Of a DNA stretch of 64,000 nt, positions 10,028 to 21,278 are shown piece by piece (position 1 is the first letter of the stretch; the number at the start of each line of letters is the position of its first letter). A program made the position numbers and the translations under genes. The notes beneath the pieces are model-generated. The model did no database searches. It worked only from the letters and a program-made list of their open reading frames with translations, and had not been told where the DNA came from. Location of the stretch: the NCBI GenBank assembly GCA_963815195.1, contig CAWFGE010000010.1, positions 224,001 to 288,000 on the forward strand. The letters run 5' to 3'. This stretch comes from an uncultured Planctomycetaceae bacterium. Lineage in GTDB: Bacteria > Planctomycetota > Planctomycetia > Planctomycetales > Planctomycetaceae.

Positions 10028-11008
10028 ATGCCGGATGCCGCCAAGCCGCGCGTGTTTGTGACGCGCCTGATTCCCGATGCGGGCCTGTCCCGGATCACGG
10101 CCGCCTGCGATGCCGACGTATGGACAGACCGCCTGCCGCCTTCGCGGGACGAATTGCTCAAGCGGGTCCAAGGCTGTGAGGGATTATTGACGCTGCTCAC
10201 CGAGGCGGTCGATGCGGAGTTGATGGACGCCGCGGGGCCGGAGCTTAAAGTCGTCAGCAATTATGCGGTGGGCTTTAATAACATCGATGTGAATGAGGCC
10301 AGCTCGCGGGGGATCCGCGTGGGCAACACGCCGGGCGTTTTGACCGAAGCCACCGCGGACATGGCGATGACGTTATTGATGGCCGCCGCCCGCAGGATTT
10401 GGGAAGCCGCCAGCGACGTGCGGGCCGGGCATTGGAAGACCTGGGAACCCAAAGGCTACGTCGGCGTGGATTTGGTGGGGAAGACGCTCGGCATCGTGGG
10501 CCTCGGCCGCATCGGATCGGCCCTCGCGAAGAAATGCCGGGGCGGGTGGGACATGCGGATTTTATATTACGATCAATACCAGAACGAAACCGCCGAGCGC
10601 GAACTCGGAGCGGAGCGCGTGGACTTGGAGACGCTGTTCGCGGAAGCGGATTTCGTCTCGGTGCATACGAACCTGGACGATGCCACGCGGGGCATGTTCA
10701 ACACGGAGGCCTTCGCCAAAATGAAGAACACCGCGGTCTTCATCAACACCGCCCGCGGCCCGCTGCACGATTCGGCCGCCCTCTATGACGCATTGAAAAA
10801 CGGTGAAATCTTCGCGGCGGGTTTGGACGTGACCGATCCCGAACCGATCCCGCCGGCGGATCCGCTGTTATCGCTGCCGAACTGCCTGATCGTCCCGCAC
10901 ATCGCGAGCGCCACGGTCTCCAGCCGCAACGGCATGGCCGAAATCGCCGCCGACAATCTGCTCGCCGGCTTAAAGGGCGAACCGCTCCGCTGCTGGGTCA
11001 ACCCGTAG
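10028..11008 (+). CDS. D-2-hydroxyacid dehydrogenase (glyoxylate reductase / D-glycerate dehydrogenase-like)
   Basis: VGFNNID, NTPGVLTEATAD, GIVGLGRIG, INTARG, GLDVTDPEP, PHIASAT. Confidence 0.92.
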   Translation: MPDAAKPRVFVTRLIPDAGLSRITAACDADVWTDRLPPSRDELLKRVQGCEGLLTLLTEAVDAELMDAAGPELKVVSNYAVGFNNIDVNEASSRGIRVGNTPGVLTEATADMAMTLLMAAARRIWEAASDVRAGHWKTWEPKGYVGVDLVGKTLGIVGLGRIGSALAKKCRGGWDMRILYYDQYQNETAERELGAERVDLETLFAEADFVSVHTNLDDATRGMFNTEAFAKMKNTAVFINTARGPLHDSAALYDALKNGEIFAAGLDVTDPEPIPPADPLLSLPNCLIVPHIASATVSSRNGMAEIAADNLLAGLKGEPLRCWVNP

Positions 11009-11228
11009 CACGCCGCTCTTAGCGCTTGGCCGACTTCCTGACTTCTTCGCGAATCCTGGGCTTCTCCACATCCACTCCCCACGATTTCAGGGTTGGATAG
11101 GCCTCCCGCCGGACACCGTAGATCCGCACCTCGACGTCCTTGTTCTTCTGCGCGTGATACATAGAGGCCCAATCTGGACGCGTTCAGCAGCTATTTGACG
11201 CGCTACCATCGCGCAGTGAAGTGCGACT

Positions 11229-11756
11229 TTAATCTTGAGAGTTAAAATCTCCTCCGTAGGTGTCGGAGAGTTTGGCCATAATTGTCTTTCGCTCCTTCCA
11301 GAGCTCCACATACTCCCGAAGGTGCTGGTAAAGCGTTTCCCGGTCAGTGACTATTTTGGCCCTCTCTCGGTTTTTGGTCGCTTCGGCCAACCGCTGATAG
11401 TCTGCACTGATCGCTTCGTGCGACTCGACAAGTCGGCCACGGTAGGCGATGGCGATCTGATCAACATTCTCTCTGTCGAGACCGGAAAGTTGCCGGGCCA
11501 GATCGGCGTGTTGCATGGATAGTTTCGAGAACCCCTCGGCCGTACCGTCAATATCACTCGATTTGGCTGAAACATTGTTACTCTCAGCAAGCTGCTTGAT
11601 TGCCGGGTTGCCGCGATATTGAATCCCCTGAAGCTTCGCCCAAAACCAAAACGTGGCTTCACGTTTCCCTTCGAGATCCGCAGTCAATTCGCTGACGTTC
11701 TGGCAACCCACGAGCAGGAGAAAACAGAGTGTGAGACGACAGTAAAAAACGTGCAT
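11229..11756 (-). CDS. Hypothetical lipoprotein (helical), lower GC than neighbours
   Basis: Lipobox LLLVGC after a short hydrophobic stretch; 175 aa ORF. Confidence 0.65.
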   Translation of the reverse strand: MHVFYCRLTLCFLLLVGCQNVSELTADLEGKREATFWFWAKLQGIQYRGNPAIKQLAESNNVSAKSSDIDGTAEGFSKLSMQHADLARQLSGLDRENVDQIAIAYRGRLVESHEAISADYQRLAEATKNRERAKIVTDRETLYQHLREYVELWKERKTIMAKLSDTYGGDFNSQD

Positions 11757-11806
11757 CAAAACAATTTCGGATTTCAAAGAGGCTCGTGGGACGCCAAAGG
11801 ATTCGA

Positions 11807-12496
11807 TCACGGCTTGGGCGGAAAGGTCGCGGGCGTCTTTTTCTTGGTCGCAGGCTTTGCTTCCGCGGGTTTGTTCGCGGCGGGTTGGGGAGCGGGTTCG
11901 GTTTCGCGGATGAACTTGTTCAAGATCGACATGTAGCCGTTGAGCGCGGCTCCCGTTTCGGGGCCAAGTTCATCTTGCAGGCTTTTGAGTTCATCGCGGG
12001 CTTTGACGGCGTCTTTGCGGACATCTTGGATGTTGAGCTTGCCTGTCATCAATCCGCCGAGCGTGTCGTTGAAATAGTCGCTGGCTTCGGGGGTGTTCAA
12101 CAGCGGGAACTTGGCTTGGAGCGCCCCGACCATCTGCGGGTTGATGCCTCCGCCTTGGAGTTGCTTGAGGACATCCTCCGACGAAGGCACTTGGCCTAGC
12201 GCCTTCCGCACGTCCGGATCGAGCGCGGGTTGGGCGGGGGCCGCCGGTGCCGCGGGGCGGGTGAGGATCGGTTTGTCGCCCAAATGAATCGCCGAGATTT
12301 TCTCGCGGGCGAGTTTGAGTTCCCCCAGGAGGTCGCTTTTCAGCACCAACTCTTTCCCATCGAGGGACACCACGTTTCCGTTGAGCACATCGCCGTTGGT
12401 GAGTTCGATCGTGTCCGCCCGAAGCGGCCCCGCGAAAAGCATCCCCAATCCGAGGGCCAAGCGGAATGTGTGATTTTGCAACCGATTCATGGTCAA
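11807..12496 (-). CDS. Hypothetical secreted protein
   Basis: Signal peptide ending LRA-D; DTIELTNGDVLNG small beta domain; Pro/Ala linker; helical C-terminus. Confidence 0.75.
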   Translation of the reverse strand: MTMNRLQNHTFRLALGLGMLFAGPLRADTIELTNGDVLNGNVVSLDGKELVLKSDLLGELKLAREKISAIHLGDKPILTRPAAPAAPAQPALDPDVRKALGQVPSSEDVLKQLQGGGINPQMVGALQAKFPLLNTPEASDYFNDTLGGLMTGKLNIQDVRKDAVKARDELKSLQDELGPETGAALNGYMSILNKFIRETEPAPQPAANKPAEAKPATKKKTPATFPPKP

Positions 12497-12835
12497 ACCT
12501 CCTCGTGGCGCGGCATTCGCCGCTTCAAACCCGAAATCCGAAACCCCCGTTCTTCCTTCATTGTGCCCGCGTTTGGCGAGGCGTCAACAGATATTTACCG
12601 AACGGGCCGTTTCCGAGTGCGGCGCGGTGAAGAAATCGTGGAGTCTTCGTAGCGGTTCCTGGGAGATCTCGATGAAATCGGCCTCGGGATAAGTGGAAAA
12701 AAAAGCGGCAAACCCGGGAACGGGCGGGACTTTTCGTTGCGGGTGCTCTATAACAGGGCATCGGATATTCACTTGCTGATACAAACCGACCGTTGTTGAG
12801 TTTCTTCCAACTCTGGTTTTCCCTCGCGAGCCCCC

Positions 12836-13582
12836 ATGACCAAACTTTCCCCTCAACCCCGCCAACCGCGGCCACGCAAAAAACACCCGCTGACTCGATT
12901 GTTCGAGTTCAAAGGCATCAATCGCCTGTCCATCGGCCAATACCGCGACCGCATCCGCAACCTCTACGACGGTCCCGCCGGGGCGGTGCTGGCGGTGGGC
13001 AGCATGATCTCCCTCCACGAACCGTTGGTGGGGCATTTGTTGCGTTCGCGGTTTGACGTGTCGCAGCAGGACCGGATTCTGGACGTCGGCTCCGGCGCGG
13101 GGCAGATTCTTAGGCACCTGCTCCGCCGAACGCACATTGACGCCCAACTCGTCGCGTTTGATCTCTCCGCCCAGATGCTCCGCCGGGCCCGGAAGAAGCT
13201 CAAAAACGATCGCCCCGCCTACGTGGCCGGCGATTTGATGCGGATGCCCTTCGCGGAGGAATCGTTCGACTGCGTGACCTGCGGCTGGGTGCTCGAGCAT
13301 CTGCCCGACCCCAAGCCCGGCCTCCGGGAGATCGGCCGCGTGTTGAAACCCGGCGGGCGGGCTTTGATTCTCGCCACGGAAGACACCGTCTTGGGTTCCC
13401 TGGTCAGCCGAACCTGGAAATGCCGAACTTATAACCGCCGCGAGCTCGAGCAAGCCTGCGTGGAATGCGGCGTGCCTTGGAAGGAGCAACTCTACTTCAC
13501 CAAGGCCCACCAGTTCTTCAAAATGGGCGGCATCCTGGTGGAGGCCGTCAAAACCGAAGCGGAAGACGCGCTGGGAGTGTAA
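12836..13582 (+). CDS. Class I SAM-dependent methyltransferase
   Basis: ILDVGSGAG, DLSAQML, MPFAEESFD, RVLKPGG. Confidence 0.9.
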   Translation: MTKLSPQPRQPRPRKKHPLTRLFEFKGINRLSIGQYRDRIRNLYDGPAGAVLAVGSMISLHEPLVGHLLRSRFDVSQQDRILDVGSGAGQILRHLLRRTHIDAQLVAFDLSAQMLRRARKKLKNDRPAYVAGDLMRMPFAEESFDCVTCGWVLEHLPDPKPGLREIGRVLKPGGRALILATEDTVLGSLVSRTWKCRTYNRRELEQACVECGVPWKEQLYFTKAHQFFKMGGILVEAVKTEAEDALGV

Positions 13583-13771
13583 AACGTTCAAATTCCAACG
13601 CAAAGACGCAAAGGAAAGACGCAAGACCGCGAAGGACTGAAATCAAATCCGTGGGCGACCAAACATACGAAAATTGGACGGGACTTCTCGAAGTATCCCA
13701 ACAAGAGGGCGTGGATGTCTTGGGAACTGGTCGCGGCGCTCACGTAACCGCATTGGTCTGGTGTCGCGGCC

Positions 13772-14410
13772 GGGTGGCTGGGGCGCAATGGAATGTTCCA
13801 AGGAAAAAGCAGATTTGAGGCCTGGGGCCGTGTGAGATTTTTCTCACCCGGCCACAGCCCCAGCATTCACAGTTCAAGCCTTATTCCAAAGGGGACTTGC
13901 GCCCCAGCCACCCAAACGCTTACCGTTTGAGTATTGAAGATCCCAAGTCGAAGCTCGAATTGAAACGCTCTTTCTAAGAGCGGCTGGGTGGCTGGGGCGC
14001 AATGGAATGTTCCAAGGAAAAAGCAGATTTGAGGCCTGGGGCCGTGTGAGATTTTTCTCGCCCGGCCACAGCCCCAGCATTCACAGTTCAAGCCTTATTC
14101 CAAAGGGGACTTGCGCCCCAGCCACCCAAACGCTTACCGTTTGAGTATTGAAGATCCCAAGTCGAAGCTCGAATTGAAACGCTCTTTCTAAGAGCGGCTG
14201 GGTGGCTGGGGCGCAATGGAATGTTCCAAGGAAAAAGCAGATTTGAGGCCTGGGGCCGTGTGAGATTTTTCTCACCCGGCCACAGCCCCAGCATTCACAG
14301 TTCAAGCCTTATTCCAAAGGGGACTTGCGCCCCAGCCACCCAAACGCTTACCGTTTGAGTATTGAAGATCCCAAGTCGAAGCTCGAATTGAAACTCTCTT
14401 TCTAAGAGCG
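13772..14410. repeat. Three tandem 214-bp units, each containing a 142-bp MITE/REPIN-like element with 17-bp terminal inverted repeats
   Basis: Units start at 13772, 13986 and 14200; TIR GGGTGGCTGGGGCGCAA / TTGCGCCCCAGCCACCC, followed by CTTACCGTTTGAG and a linker with hairpin CGCTCTT-TCT-AAGAGCG; units nearly identical. Confidence 0.95.
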
Positions 14411-14442
14411 AAATCGTTCAACAAATCGCATGACAGCCGGTT

Positions 14443-15777
14443 TCATTTCGCTTTCAATCTCCAAGGTTCGCGATAATCGTGCTGGGTGAGGAGCCGGCTG
14501 GCTTCCTCATCACCGATCACCATTTCCTGTTTTGCGTCCCAGCGGAGAGCGCGGCCGAGCGCGTGCGACACGTAACCCAAATGTCCCGGCGTGATCGAGC
14601 GGTGAGCCGTTTCCGCCGGTGCGATGCACGCCTTCCGGGACTTCACGCCCTCCAGGAAATTGCGGACGTGGTCGTCGGACGCATAGACCCGCTTGGGACC
14701 CGGCTCGAAGTCTCGCTCGGTCCAGCGCGAATTGGAGGCCCCTAAACGCCCGCGGGTCACAAACACCCAGCCTCGCTCCCCGATGAACTTCGTTCCAAGC
14801 GGATGGCGGCTGGAAATCGAGTTGTTCGTTCCGCCCGCATAATCGCAGCGGATTTCATACTGGTGGGGCGTGTTGTAAATGTCGGTGTCCGGCAGCGTCC
14901 AGTTCACCGCTTCCACCTTCACCGGCCCCGAGTCATCCAGATCGAGCGCCCAATGGGCGATGTCGTTGTGATGGCCGATCCAGTCCATCAGCACGCCGCC
15001 GCCAAAGGCCCGATGCCCCCGCCACCACCGGTGATGCCGAGCCCGCATGTAGGGCAGTTTCGGAGCGGGTCCACACCAGAAGTCGTAATCCAGATGCTCG
15101 GGCGGCGCGGTGATTGTCGGATCGCCTTGCGGCTTGTCATATCCGGGCGGGAGCCCGACTTCGATGCGTGCGATCTTCCCCAGGACGCCGTTTCGAACCA
15201 ACTCGACCGCTCGGCGGAACAGCGAATCGCTCCGTTGCTGGCTTCCGGTTTGAAAGACGGCCTTTCGCCTGGCCGCTTCCCGATAAACAAGTTGCCCTTC
15301 GTGAAACGTATGGGTCACCGGCTTTTCGCAGTAGACGTCTTTCCCATTGCGCAAAGCATCCAAGGTGCACAGGGCATGCCAATGATCCGGCGTGGCCACG
15401 ACCACGGCGTCGATGTCCTTCCGCGAACACACTTGGCGGAAATCGCTCGTCACGAAAAGCCCCGCCGCGGAACCGTATTGATTTTCGATCCGCTTTTTGG
15501 CCGCTTCGCGCCCGTAAGCCGTTCCTTTGCCCCACGGCTTATCGCGGTAATGCAAGGCGTCCACATCGCAAATGGCCACGATTTGGGCATCCGGCATTTT
15601 CAAGAGGGCGTCCAGCAAATTGAAAGCCCGCGAACCAAGCCCGACGAGGCCCAACGTGATCCGTTCACTGGGAGCTTTGGCCCGAACAGGGTTTAAGCAG
15701 GCCGCTGAAATGGTCCCGGCGAAAACGCCGGCTTCGAGAAATCGGCGTCGGCTGATTTTGCGATTCGGATGAGCCAT
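14443..15777 (-). CDS. Gfo/Idh/MocA-family oxidoreductase with Tat signal
   Basis: SRRRFL Tat motif; GLVGLGSR, ATPDHWH, DVYCEKP, QTGSQQRS, DWIGHHND. Confidence 0.92.
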   Translation of the reverse strand: MAHPNRKISRRRFLEAGVFAGTISAACLNPVRAKAPSERITLGLVGLGSRAFNLLDALLKMPDAQIVAICDVDALHYRDKPWGKGTAYGREAAKKRIENQYGSAAGLFVTSDFRQVCSRKDIDAVVVATPDHWHALCTLDALRNGKDVYCEKPVTHTFHEGQLVYREAARRKAVFQTGSQQRSDSLFRRAVELVRNGVLGKIARIEVGLPPGYDKPQGDPTITAPPEHLDYDFWCGPAPKLPYMRARHHRWWRGHRAFGGGVLMDWIGHHNDIAHWALDLDDSGPVKVEAVNWTLPDTDIYNTPHQYEIRCDYAGGTNNSISSRHPLGTKFIGERGWVFVTRGRLGASNSRWTERDFEPGPKRVYASDDHVRNFLEGVKSRKACIAPAETAHRSITPGHLGYVSHALGRALRWDAKQEMVIGDEEASRLLTQHDYREPWRLKAK

Positions 15778-16224
15778 CGAATCCCCCTCTTGGTCAGACA
15801 TTGTCACGGTTGGGAAACGTCGCGCTTCGCATTGGGTGAACCGTGTGAGATTTCTGTAGCATACCGGAAAGTGAGTGGGATTCGCACGTGTAAGAAGAGA
15901 GACGCAATCGACGCCAGCGTTTCGCGCGCCGTGTCCACGCCGATGCGAATCGCCACGGAAAGCGAGGCTTCCGTTGCGAGATTTTGTCTGCCTATGATGT
16001 CGGACTCAAAGACGCGGCGGGCGATCGCAGCGCGACTTCATTGGCCTCACCATCTGCGATGGCAACGCGCGGACGTCCGTGCCGCGTCAACTCGATGTCT
16101 CGCACGACGCGGAGATTGGTCCTCGTCCCTTGTGGTCGAAAGTTCACAAGACTCAGTTGTTTTCGTGGGAATATCAAGTACAACAAGCGCAGGACCAAAA
16201 TCAGCGGACCACGGACAACGGACC

Positions 16225-16915
16225 ATGATGATACAAATTCAGGATGTCGCCAAAATCCACAAGCGAGGCGAGACGGAGGTGCACGCGCTGCGGGGCGTGA
16301 GCTGCGAAATCGAGCGGGGATCGTTCTCGTTTATCGTCGGGCCATCGGGGAGCGGAAAGAGCACGCTGTTGTATTTGATCGGGGCGCTCGATGAACCGAC
16401 CTCCGGCGAGATCGTTGTCGACGGCAAACGGCTCGCGGGACTGTCCGCCGGCGAGCGGGACGAATACCGCCGATCCGATGTGGGCTTTATTTTTCAGAGC
16501 TTCAATCTGCTCAGCAATCTGACGGCCGTCGAGAATGTCCTCGTGCCCTTTTTGCCGCGCGGGGTTTCCGAGGAACTCCGGGGGCGGGCGGTGGAGTTTC
16601 TCGGCCGGGTCGGTTTGAGCGGCCGGCTCGATCATCGCCCCAACCAACTCTCCGGGGGCGAGCAGCAGCGGGTGGCCATCGCCCGGGCTTTGCTCAAACG
16701 CCCGAAACTCGTCCTCGCCGATGAACCCACCGGCGAACTCGACAGCCGATCCGGACAGGAAGTGTTCGCCTACCTGCGGGAACTGCACGAGTTGCAGCAG
16801 GCGACGGTCGTGGTGGTGACGCACGACGAGCGCGTACCTCACCGAAAACGACCGCATCATCACCCTCCAAGACGGCCAGATCGTTGTTCCGTCCCCCGTC
16901 GGCGAAGGGGGCTGA
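16225..16915 (+). CDS. ABC transporter ATP-binding protein (LolD/MacB-type), frameshift near 16833
   Basis: [36 protein letters not shown]-terminus [17 protein letters not shown] in the shifted frame. Confidence 0.9.
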
Positions 16916-16939
16916 TTTCTGGATCAACCGCCCGGAAAA

Positions 16940-17928
16940 TTATTCCGGCCCCAAGCGATCGCCGGGACGGACGGAGTGCCCGTGCAGAAAATCCTTCGCC
17001 GGCATGCCGCGTTTGCCTTCGGGGCGAAGCCGGAGAATCTCCAGCAATCCCACGCCGGTCGCGACGATCAGCCGTTGGTCGGCGAAGACCACGGTGCCTG
17101 GCGTCGTCTCTTGGAGAAGAGCCGCTTCGGCGGGGAGATCGTCCCTGGTAACTTGCTGCACTTCGGTGACGATCAGGCGGATAGCTTTCTGGTCGGTTTG
17201 ATGGAAAAACGTAAACGGCGCCGGCCAGGGCTGCATTGCCCGGACGTGCCAGCCGATCTCCCGCGCGGACTTGTCCCAAGGGATTTCGCCGTGCGACTTT
17301 TTCAGGCGGGGGGCCTTGGTGACCTCGGCCGCGTTTTGGAACTCCAGCGTCAAGCGGTCTTCCGCCACGTCTGTGAGGATGCGCTGCGTCAAGGGCACGG
17401 CGAGCTGGGCCAATCGCGTTTCCAATTCGCCCGCGGTTTCCTTTTCTCCGATGGCGAGTTTTTCCATTCCGACGATCGGCCCCGCATCCAGCTTGGGTTC
17501 GATGCGGAAGATCGTCACGCCCGTCTCGTTTTCGCCTTTCCAGACGGCGTATTGCACCGGGGCCGCCCCGCGGTACTTGGGCAACAGCGACGCATGCACG
17601 TTGAACGCTCCCCGCTTCGGAATCGTCAACAGCTCTTCCGAAAGAATCTGCCCGTACGCCGCGACCAGGCAGACATCGGGCTTTAGGGACCGGAGCGTTT
17701 CCAAGGCTTCCGGCGTGTTCACCTTGTCGGGTTGGAACACCGGCGTGCCGTGCTCGAGCGCGGCTTCCTTCATCGGGTGCGGGTGGTGATGATGCCCGCG
17801 GCCCGCGCGGTCGGGCTGGGTAAACAACCCCGCGACTTCGTAAGGGGATTCATAAAGACTGAGGAACACCGGCAGCGCAAACTCCCCGGTGCCCATCATC
17901 ACAATGCGTAAAGTGTTGAAGACGGCAT
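16940..17928 (-). CDS. fmt: Methionyl-tRNA formyltransferase (start uncertain; probable indel near 17910)
   Basis: LRIVMMGTGEFA, TQPDR..GRG, VAAYGQIL, NVHASLLPKYRGAAP, LDAG; downstream of def; AGGAG-ATG at 17928 is out of frame with the body. Confidence 0.92.
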
Positions 17929-17980
17929 TCTCCTGATCGTATGCCTGAGACGGTGCGAGCGACTGGCAATGGCAAACGTG

Positions 17981-18057
17981 TGAGTGGCACGGCGCGAGCC
18001 ACCGGTCGAGCGTCCGGTGCGATCGGCGAAAACCGCGGCTAGCGCCCTGCGGCTAAT
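17981..18057. repeat. REP-like element (GGCTAGCGCCCTGCGGCTAAT family)
   Basis: 21-nt core at 18037-18057 identical to 24296-24316 and 49629-49649; degenerate partner arm upstream. Confidence 0.7.
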
Positions 18058-18072
18058 TTTTTCAAACACCTG

Positions 18073-18649
18073 CTAACGCGGCTCCAAGGATTTGAGACGT
18101 TTTTCGAGGACTTCGTTTTCCGGAATGCTTCCCGATTTCTGATCGCGGCGGAATTGCTGTTCCAGGTCTTCCAAATACGGCACGAGGTCCCGGAGCGACG
18201 TTTCATTCACGCGGTCGATGAACAGGACGCCGTCGAGGTGGTCGTATTCGTGCTGGACGACCCGGCTGGGGAGTTCCTTGAGCGTCATTTCAAATTCCTC
18301 CCCGCTGAGATCGAAAGCGGACACAACGATTTCATCCGCCCGCGGCACGGGGCCGTACAAATCGGGCAGGCTCAGACAGCCTTCCTCGCCCTCCACGCTG
18401 CCTTTGCGTTTGAGAATCTCCGGATTCAGAAACACGTGCTCCTGATCCTTTTCGTCGGGATCGCCGGTCGGGTTGATGACGAAAATCCGGTAAGGCAGCG
18501 CCGACCTGGTTGGCCGCGAGGCCGATGCCCCGGGATTCGTACATCAGCTCGAACATCTCGCTGACGATGTCCCGCAAATGCGAGGTGATTTGCTGGACGG
18601 GCTTCGATTTCCACCGCAGAGCGGGATGGGGATAACGCACAATTTCCAT
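18073..18649 (-). CDS. def: Peptide deformylase, frameshift near 18500
   Basis: GIGLAANQVG, EEGCLSLP, QHEYDHLDG. Confidence 0.93.
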
Positions 18650-18874
18650 AGTATCGATCGACCGCGACGAATAAATAACACCATTTTCGACTCGGAGAAT
18701 TATAGGTCGGAGGTGTGCGCCGGTCGAGCGAGTTTGCCCAATCGAATCGGGCAAAATGCCAGAAACCCCGGCGCGCGGCTGCACATCGCCGCTCGCCAGG
18801 GTTTTCTGATGACATAACACGTCAGTTGATGGTTTTCAGCAACGTATTCCAACGAGCGAATACGATGGAATCCG

Positions 18875-19207
18875 TTAATAAGTCGGCAGCGGTTGGAGGG
18901 TCGCGGTCGTCGTGTACGGCGTCGTCACCCACGTTGTCGTGGTCGTGGGAACGTGATAGGTCACCTGGCCGGGAACGATCGTCGGCCCGATCGCGACCGG
19001 GCCGCTGGCGGTGGTCGTCACGGCGTTCGGCGAAATCGCCTGGGCCACGCCCGGACCGGGAAGCGCACCGATGCCGCAGGCTCCGCCGGGACAAGGTCCT
19101 CCGGCCGGCGGATAGCAAGCGCCATAGCCTCCGCCGGACAAGCAGCAGCAACCCACCGAAGAGAGCAGCAATCCACAGGCAGCCATGATTGTGAGCAAAC
19201 GTGTCAT
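18875..19207 (-). CDS. Small Cys/Gly/Pro/Thr-rich putative lipoprotein (110 aa)
   Basis: AAGGA upstream; signal peptide with lipobox SVGC followed by CC; CYPPAGGPCPGGAC; Thr-rich tail. Confidence 0.7.
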   Translation of the reverse strand: MTRLLTIMAACGLLLSSVGCCCLSGGGYGACYPPAGGPCPGGACGIGALPGPGVAQAISPNAVTTTASGPVAIGPTIVPGQVTYHVPTTTTTWVTTPYTTTATLQPLPTY

Positions 19208-19277
19208 GAGATCATCCTTGCGTTAGAAGAGAGTCGAGACGGGAGAGAGAATTCGAACACGGAGGAGAAGGGAAACG

Positions 19278-20190
19278 TCAGGCCGAGAGACGTGGACTCG
19301 GCCCTCTTGCCATCCGATCCGGCCAACCGGCGGTGAACCCGGCCGGGTGGCGGGTCGGCTGTTGCTGAAAGACCAGGCCTTCTTTGCGGACCACGATGGA
19401 TCCCGAACGGAGCGGCACGCTGGCCATGTGCCGGCCCCGCCAGATTTCCAAAACGGGACAGTAGGCGGCGGGCGTCGGCGCGCACTCGACGCGGTAATGC
19501 GTCGGGGATTGCCAGAGCTTGAGCTGAAAGCGATCCCGCGCGCCACCACCGGGCAAACTCCGAGGAGTCGGTCCGCCACAACAGCGGCAAGCCGGACGAC
19601 TGCAGACCCGTCGCCGGGGCCAACTCCGCCAGACGGGCCGCCTCGGATGCGGAAAGCATCGTCGGCAAACCCGCGAAATAGCGTTCTTGAATTGTGCTGA
19701 GCCGACGCGGTTCGTTTGTGTCAAAGGCGTTGGGCCATTCGCCGTTCAAACAGCCGACGCCTTGATAAGGGAACGGCAAATCGGCAAGCCGGGCCCAAAC
19801 GCCGCCGGCGGCTTCGATGGCGGTTTTCAGTTGTTCCAAAAAAGCGAACCGCGAAGCGTTCGCAATCTCGCCGGTTGAAAAGTGCGCGGGAGCCGGCGCG
19901 CCGGTTTGGGCGAGGAGCTTCGCAACGTCCAAAACGCATCGGCTGTCTTTTTGATGGATCTTGACCACCGCCCGGCTCCACACGTCCCGCGAATCAAACA
20001 GCAGGCACCCGAGGGGGTCGGTTCCCGCGGAGGCGGAGTTCCGCCGTTTCCAGCGAAACGCCGATTTCAAAACCGACTCTTGCCCCAGTCGTTCCGCCGG
20101 CAAACCGGCTTGCCGCAACCAGTCGGCGACCTGGTCGGAAACTCCGACGAGGGCCAGCGGCAATTCGAGATTGGGGGCGTGTTGAGTCAT
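19278..20190 (-). CDS. Hypothetical protein, frameshift near 19540
   Basis: MTQHAPNLELPLAL...EFARWWRA joins RDRFQLKLWQ...RLSA* in the neighbouring frame. Confidence 0.6.
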
Positions 20191-20610
20191 CGGTCGAAGG
20201 GTTGTGTTGGATGCGGGGCTGCTCCCAAGATCGCGGGGGCAACCAGCCTCTGTGTGAGTGGAAGTTGTCGAGTGATGAGTGATCGGCCTGCCGATAAATC
20301 GGTGCGTCCCGCACGGCCGATTTGCCCGGCGGGATGTGCTCTCCGCCAAAGCGGGGCGAACGATATGGAGATCGCGAGATTTCGTCAACGGGACTTGGCG
20401 AAAACTTGAATCTTTTTTTCAAATCCACCCGCCGGGCCCCTGCGTTTTGAAACGCAACCCGAACTCAGAATTGGCCTTGGGAATTTGTAAAATCTTTTCC
20501 GGCGGGCGGGCAAAAATGCATTCCCGCCGTCAAACCGCGAAAGCTGGGCGATTCAAGCCGAACAAGCGAGCGCGTTCCCGCCGATGTCAATTCTTCGCAT
20601 TGACAATTCG

Positions 20611-21159
20611 CTACGCAAACGAAGCCGCGGCGTTCTCGCCCTGGAGCCGCATCTGAAACTTCGGGGCATTGCCCGCCGGAAACAGGAACGGAAAATTTTC
20701 CCGGGCGGCGTTCGGATCGTTTTGAAACGTCGCGAACTCCTGGGCCTTGCGGTTCGCCGTGAACTGGGCGGCGATGCTGCGAAACAACTCGGCAAGCTGG
20801 GGCGCGCCCGCGAGCAGGGTTTGAATCGCCGGGCCGTCGGGATGCGTTCCCGCAACCTGCATATCCCCCGCCTCGCCCAACTGCAATTGCACACCGGCCG
20901 CCGAATTCAGATGATGATCCGTCAACAGTCGATTGAAAGCCGAGGCGAAATCCCATAGGAGAGAGGATAAGTCCGCGGGCCAGCCCCCGTTCGGGGCCGA
21001 CGCCGGGACGTTTGTTGCGGAAACCTGCGAGTTCGATGGAGATTCGAGGGCGCCCGCGAGCAGATGGGCGAAGGATCCCATCGCATCGGTCGCTGCCTTT
21101 CCGGCGGCAAAAGCGGTGGGAATCAGTTGAGCCGCCAGGGCGACCGGTAGTATGCTCAC
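20611..21159 (-). CDS. Hypothetical protein (182 aa)
   Basis: GAGGAGGA upstream of GTG start; Ala/Gln-rich ORF. Confidence 0.65.
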   Translation of the reverse strand: MSILPVALAAQLIPTAFAAGKAATDAMGSFAHLLAGALESPSNSQVSATNVPASAPNGGWPADLSSLLWDFASAFNRLLTDHHLNSAAGVQLQLGEAGDMQVAGTHPDGPAIQTLLAGAPQLAELFRSIAAQFTANRKAQEFATFQNDPNAARENFPFLFPAGNAPKFQMRLQGENAAASFA

Positions 21160-21278
21160 TCGAAATCCTCCTCGATCACGGATCGGCGAACGGCCCGTGC
21201 GTGCTGAGGGGATTTCCCTCGTTATGCCGATATTTCCAATGGCCCCCGTTTTAACCGTTTTTCCTTCTCCAACTTCCC

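Noticed and set aside
13588..14305. Repeated 68-92 aa ORFs (also 44244-44462)
   Set aside because: They are translations of the palindromic repeat unit, with no RBS or protein-like features
13772..14410. CRISPR array
   Set aside because: Units are 214 bp and essentially identical, with no unique spacers and no cas genes in the window
15820..16200. Gene or riboswitch between the oxidoreductase and ABC ATPase
   Set aside because: Only short unconvincing ORFs are present and there is no recognisable riboswitch consensus
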